Part shown: positions 59,801 to 64,000 of the stretch, one piece after another
Layout of the letters: each line of letters starts with the position of its first letter
Position numbering within the stretch: the first letter of the stretch is position 1
Assembly (NCBI GenBank): GCA_040755995.1
Contig: JBFMAF010000018.1
Coordinates: 32,001 to 96,000 of the forward strand
Length of the DNA: 64,000 nt
Origin: Acidobacteriota bacterium
GTDB lineage: Bacteria; Acidobacteriota; CAIWXX01
Direction: 5' to 3'
The notes under the pieces: model-generated
Databases searched by the model: none
Told to the model about the DNA's origin: nothing
What the model saw: the letters and a program-made list of their open reading frames with translations, nothing else
Made by a program: the position numbers and the translations under genes

Positions 59801-61753
59801 CTAGACCGCCACATAGACCGGCTGCCCGTCGCGATCTTCAAACCAGCAAACCTGCTCATCCACCATGTCCAGCTTGAGGACATACGGCTCGGATTCAGAA
59901 GGCAGTCCGATCTGCACCGGCAGATCGGCTGCTGTGCCGGGTCCAATATCGGCAGGCAGCTCCACTCTCGCGTAGTCACGGTTCAGTATCCGGCGATCTG
60001 GGCTCATGAGCTGGATCCCGAGCCGGACCCGGCCGGGCTCAGCTCCTCCGGCGAGCCAGATCGTATCGCCGGTATTGGCCAGCCGAACGGTCCCGTGCAC
60101 CCGTAAGCGATCGCGTGCCAGGCGTGGCTCGATCCGCGCAGTCAGCTTGTGCGGCATGCGCGAATCGAAGGGGCGTACTCCTTTGGAGAACACGATCACG
60201 GGCGACGAGTAGATCGATTCAAGCACGAACTTGCTGAACGGGACGAGTCCATCCGCCAAGGACACATTCCAGTTCTCCATGGGAGTCAGCGCAGCGGCCT
60301 CCAAATCCTCTGGGCCCAGGGAGAGCATTGGTACGTGGTGCGGAACGATCTGAATCGGGTCGAACCCTGCTGCCCGTGCGAACTTGACGGCCTCTTTGAC
60401 ATGAATCTCACCCTCCGATACTCCGTACTCGTGCATCTCGCCTCGCGACTTCGCAGATTCCGAGTGCCCCTCGCCCGGCTCTGCGATCAGAAACTGTCCG
60501 CCCGGGACGAGCGCGCGGAAGGCCTCGAAAAACACGGCCTCGATACGGGGAACATGGTGCAGTGCGTCGACGATCACTACAGCATCTAGCGAGCCCGGAG
60601 CTATCGGCAAAGCTGTCATGTCTCCCACCACGAGGCGTGCTGGGAGTTGCGCCTGCTGCAGCCGTTTCCGGCCCAGGCGCAGAAGCGTGGGCGCGATGTC
60701 GAGCGTGATGACGCGGTAGCCGAGCCTTGTCAGAAGCTCGGTCACCCACGCGGCGCCGCCACCCAGATCAAGAACGAGCCCCTCGTGCGGAGCCCGCAAT
60801 CTCTCGGCGAGGACCAGGAACGCATCCAGCAGACGCACATTCTGCTCCCGATTCACGCGGGTGAACGGTTTGCACAGGAAATAGTGGGTCTCGGTTTCGT
60901 CGGCGTAGCGATCGATCTCGGCCTTGACGCTGTGCGGCTTCTTCTCGCCCGGGGACCCGGCCAGAATCTGTGCCCATGACATCGAATCCATGGGCTCGCA
61001 CAGAACCCCCGCAACCCGTGACAATGCCGAGAGTACCGCGCGGTGAGCCGACGCAAGGTGGGCCAGCACGTCCGACGTGAGAATCGTGCTCCCAATGTGC
61101 TCCGGCGCCGGTTCGGCATCCGCCAGGAGTTGAGAAGATGCCTCCCTGAGAGTGACTCCCATGCAAGTGAGCGCAGCCGCTGCCGCAATGCGAACGGTGC
61201 ACATCGGATCGCGCAACGCGCTCTGCAGTTCGCGAATTCGAGAGACTTCGCGGCATTCGCCCAAAGCCAGGGCCGCCGCGGTTCGCACCGCCCAGAACCG
61301 ATCCTTCAGGCAGCCGGCGATCGGCCAGCTGAAGAGCGGGCCAAAGAGCACCGCGCTGGGATACCAATGCTTCAGCAAAAGAGCGCGGCGGACAGCCCGC
61401 ACGGATAGGCGTACCGCTCGAAGAACCAAGGGCTCCAGGGCGCGTGCGCCCGGGATCCAACGCGATGCGTGATCGGCGGCGGCGTGGATGAGCCGCAGGA
61501 TTGGGTCATCTCGGATGATCGTCCCCATCGCAGAAACGGCCATCGTTCGCGTCAGCCAGTCCCCATTGTCGATCAGGTGTGCAAGCCCTGGCAGCCCGCG
61601 CGGGCCGCGCTCGCGCAGCCGCAGCAGCGCCTGCAGCGGGACGCTCTCTTCAATCACCGCAGGAAGCGGCTGAGCGGCTCGAGGCTCCGATCCGGCATTC
61701 TCGTTCACTTCCACCGAGCGATCTCCCGTCTCTGGGTCGGCAGGATTGCTCAA
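59801..61753 (-). CDS. HEAT-repeat + class I SAM methyltransferase + Ig-like domain protein
   Basis: D..WAVRTAAALALG repeats, VLDLGGG, GDM..LP, ALHH, LVPGG, C-terminal NTG...W...DMVDE.VCWF. Confidence 0.85.
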   Translation of the reverse strand: MSNPADPETGDRSVEVNENAGSEPRAAQPLPAVIEESVPLQALLRLRERGPRGLPGLAHLIDNGDWLTRTMAVSAMGTIIRDDPILRLIHAAADHASRWIPGARALEPLVLRAVRLSVRAVRRALLLKHWYPSAVLFGPLFSWPIAGCLKDRFWAVRTAAALALGECREVSRIRELQSALRDPMCTVRIAAAAALTCMGVTLREASSQLLADAEPAPEHIGSTILTSDVLAHLASAHRAVLSALSRVAGVLCEPMDSMSWAQILAGSPGEKKPHSVKAEIDRYADETETHYFLCKPFTRVNREQNVRLLDAFLVLAERLRAPHEGLVLDLGGGAAWVTELLTRLGYRVITLDIAPTLLRLGRKRLQQAQLPARLVVGDMTALPIAPGSLDAVVIVDALHHVPRIEAVFFEAFRALVPGGQFLIAEPGEGHSESAKSRGEMHEYGVSEGEIHVKEAVKFARAAGFDPIQIVPHHVPMLSLGPEDLEAAALTPMENWNVSLADGLVPFSKFVLESIYSSPVIVFSKGVRPFDSRMPHKLTARIEPRLARDRLRVHGTVRLANTGDTIWLAGGAEPGRVRLGIQLMSPDRRILNRDYARVELPADIGPGTAADLPVQIGLPSESEPYVLKLDMVDEQVCWFEDRDGQPVYVAV

Positions 61754-61885
61754 CCGAAGACCGCGGCGAAGAGTTCGGGGACCGGGTTGAGCTGCCGCCG
61801 CCTCGGACAGGTGATCCGTGGTCTAGAAAGAGGGCGAGAGATGAGCGGCGTCAACTTTCAGCGCCATCCGCGGGGGTGGCCCCTC

Positions 61886-62029
61886 TCAGGTCAGCTCGTC
61901 GTAGTTGTCGTCCTGGTAATCCGGGATCTTGGCCTTCTCGGTCTCGGATCCGATGAAGAACCCGAGCGCGAATGCAGACGCCACTGCGGCCAGAATCAGG
62001 ACTGCCTTGCCGTAATCTTCGACCTTCAA
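61886..62029 (-). CDS. Small single-pass membrane protein (47 aa)
   Basis: GGAGGT RBS before TTG; KVEDYGK-AVLILAAVASAFALGFFIG-acidic tail. Confidence 0.6.
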   Translation of the reverse strand: MKVEDYGKAVLILAAVASAFALGFFIGSETEKAKIPDYQDDNYDELT

Positions 62030-62099
62030 CGACCACCTCCGATTCCAATTGTATGAAACGCGCATCGCGTGTGTCAACGACTGCGGGATAAGCGGATAA

Positions 62100-62174
62100 G
62101 CGGCCGCAGTACTCGCATCGGCTCAACGCCCGCCGGATGACCGGGCGCCGAAGTGGGTGCGGGATGTAGGTCAA
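62100..62174 (-). pseudogene. 5' remnant of an HNH endonuclease
   Basis: MTYIPHPLRRPVIRRALSRCEYCG matches the HNH N-terminus; no DH/HNH core follows. Confidence 0.65.
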
Positions 62175-62404
62175 GGGATCGACGGAGCGCGCACAGTGTT
62201 GCGCTCGGCACGGAGTCGCAGAAGAGATAACAGTTCGGCCAGATTGACCAGGCCTTCTGCCTCCGCGCGCTCCTCGGGCGTCAAACCACCCCCGGAGTCC
62301 TGCCTATCCGGGAGCCACTGCAAGCGCTGATCCACGCCGCTGGGCAGGCGCAGTCGAGCGAGGTCGTCAGGGAGTTCGATCTCAACCTGCATCGCCTGGG
62401 CCAT
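62171..62404 (-). CDS. Small helical protein, antitoxin-like partner of the HNH gene
   Basis: IELPDDL...QRLQ.L...LTPEERAEAEGL; its stop overlaps the HNH start. Confidence 0.6.
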   Translation of the reverse strand: MAQAMQVEIELPDDLARLRLPSGVDQRLQWLPDRQDSGGGLTPEERAEAEGLVNLAELLSLLRLRAERNTVRAPSIP

Positions 62405-62553
62405 CGTCAGTCTCCCTATGCTCATCATAGCGCCGATTGCTGTGAGTGCAAACCTGCCTTCGCCTTCGCGTAGGCTGCCGCGCGGCACGCATTCGCGGCG
62501 TTTGCCGACCCAGCGCGGCCCACCTCGGATTTCGAACCCCGAAATCCAACGAT

Positions 62554-63120
62554 CTAGGCCCACCACCCAGCCAGGTCGATCTCGATTTCCGAGAACGGTT
62601 CAGCGCGAGCGGTGTCAGTCGCCTCGAATGACCCGGCGTCCTGCCAGAGATCGCCCGCGCGCCGCGAAACCTCGAGCGTCTGCGCATTCGGATCCACGAT
62701 CCACAGCCAACCGATCCCCTCGCGCGCGTAGATCCTCTTCTTGCGGACGCGGTCCATTCTCGAGCTGCGCGGGGAAACGACTTCGCAGACCCAATCCGGA
62801 GCCAGCGTGAAGAAAGCAACGTCAGGAACTTGCGGCATCCGCTCGCGTTTCCACCCCGCCAGGTCCGGCACGAGAATGTGAACTCCGAGATGCAGCTCGG
62901 GTTCGTCGAGAATCCACCAGCCGGTAGCACCACCTGTGCCACCCGGTCCCCGCCCGAGGTGGCCGACAAGGTCAGCGCCGATGACACTAGACGCGAGTGT
63001 ATGCCTCGCGCCCGGCCTGGGCGATGTGACAAGCTCCCCGTCTATGATCTCGGCAATCATGTGATCCGGAACCTGCAACAGATCCTCGTATGTGGCGAAG
63101 CGGCGTGCCGGCTCTCCCAT
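62554..63120 (-). CDS. Uma2-family endonuclease
   Basis: EIIDGEL..PRP..H, VPDLAGW, APDWVCEVVSP, WIVDP. Confidence 0.92.
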   Translation of the reverse strand: MGEPARRFATYEDLLQVPDHMIAEIIDGELVTSPRPGARHTLASSVIGADLVGHLGRGPGGTGGATGWWILDEPELHLGVHILVPDLAGWKRERMPQVPDVAFFTLAPDWVCEVVSPRSSRMDRVRKKRIYAREGIGWLWIVDPNAQTLEVSRRAGDLWQDAGSFEATDTARAEPFSEIEIDLAGWWA

Positions 63121-63316
63121 CCGTGGCCTCCTCAGATATCATCGGATTCCATTATACAGGATCGTCCACCACTGCATACCCCTGCGTCTAACGTCTTTCG
63201 TCTGACGTCTCGCGTTGTCGCGTTGTTCGTCGCTTGACTGGGGTCCGAAGTTTTGTTATCTATTTCATTTTGCAGTGCTTCATGGGGAGCATTATCGGGA
63301 AAGATTTGACATATGG

Positions 63317-63393
63317 AGGCGCGTAGCTCAGCTGGTCAGAGCGCTACTTTGACATGGTAGAGGTCGGCGGTTCGATCCCGCCCGCGCCTACCA
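63317..63393 (+). tRNA. tRNA-Val(GAC)
   Basis: Acceptor stem AGGCGCG/CGCGCCT, anticodon loop TTGACAT, GGTTCGATCC T-arm, encoded CCA. Confidence 0.96.
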
Positions 63394-63518
63394 CTGGCGA
63401 TAATGCTTCATGGCAGGGCCGGCACGTAGAGAGGGAGAACACGAAGAGGTTGATACGAGGCAACGACGTTCTGGAGCTCTCCCGGTTCGCGACTCTGGCC
63501 TTGTAAGATAGGACAATC

Positions 63519-64000
63519 GTGGAAAATCCAATAGCACAACTCACTTTGGAGCTCCCCGGCGGCGTCAAGCGAGAGTATCCTGCCGGAGTGCTCGCCGGCG
63601 AGATCGTGCGCGATATCGGTGCAAACACCCCTGAGGCCATCGGGCTGCGCGTGGGCGACCAGGTCTACGACCTGGGTTCGCGAGTGGCGCACGGAGGCCC
63701 CGCCGTGCCGGTAACGAGCACTTCGCCCGAAGCCATCGAGATCATCCGCCACTCGGCCTCGCACCTCATGGCCCACGCCGTGACCGATCTGTTCCCGGGG
63801 GTCGAAGTCGGCGTCGGGCCCGCCACCGAGACCGGCTTCTACTACGACTTCAAGAAGGACGAGCCGTTCACTCCGGAGGACCTCGTCAAGATCGAAGAAC
63901 GGATGCGCGAGCTCATCCGCGCCGACATCCCGATCGAGCGGAAGATGGTGTCGAAGGAGGAAGCCCTCCGAATATTCCAGGGCCGCGGGCAGTCGCTCAA
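63519..64000 (+). CDS. thrS: Threonyl-tRNA synthetase, 5' part
   Basis: Hand translation from GTG 63519: TGS domain then IRHSASHLMAHAV..LFP...GVGPA.ETGFYYDF. Confidence 0.95.
   Translation, partial: MENPIAQLTLELPGGVKREYPAGVLAGEIVRDIGANTPEAIGLRVGDQVYDLGSRVAHGGPAVPVTSTSPEAIEIIRHSASHLMAHAVTDLFPGVEVGVGPATETGFYYDFKKDEPFTPEDLVKIEERMRELIRADIPIERKMVSKEEALRIFQGRGQSL

Noticed and set aside
63317..63393. tRNA-Val as the attachment site of an integrated element
   Set aside because: No integrase and no duplicated tRNA 3' end noticed; accessory genes lie on the 5' side.
63395..63518. T-box riboswitch upstream of thrS
   Set aside because: No UGGNACC T-box sequence or terminator/antiterminator visible.

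Overview
GC-rich bacterial chromosome segment. An Acidobacteriota-like host is inferred from gene style only (ECF43-type sigma factor with an 'ERW'-type Ser/Thr kinase, SBBP, CHAT and FG-GAP secreted proteins). Housekeeping blocks are murA-hinT, glyQS, pspA, ndk-aspA, rpsT, leuS-lptE-holA and tRNA-Val-thrS. Three accessory blocks are interleaved with them. (1) 1-14 kb is a phosphorylation-signalling island. It has an LRR protein, hipBA, an ECF sigma with a TPR kinase, and a candidate new module: a beta-propeller/Y_Y_Y sensor fused to a Ser/Thr kinase, an FHA-domain sigma54 activator, and a sigma54-driven Tyr/Trp-rich secreted protein. (2) 34-46 kb is a tandemly duplicated two-component cassette that has decayed reciprocally. 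It encodes secreted SBBP and Cys3His-repeat proteins, with a CHAT gene between the two copies. (3) 57-63 kb has a radical SAM enzyme with a CX5CX2C motif, a separate SPASM gene and a HEAT-methyltransferase, bounded by RAYT and HNH gene remnants. Also present are a thiolase lacking both catalytic cysteines, a REPIN-like element at the leuS-lptE junction, and strongly basic C-terminal Ig-like domains on four secreted proteins. All calls come from reading motifs by eye; no database searches were run.
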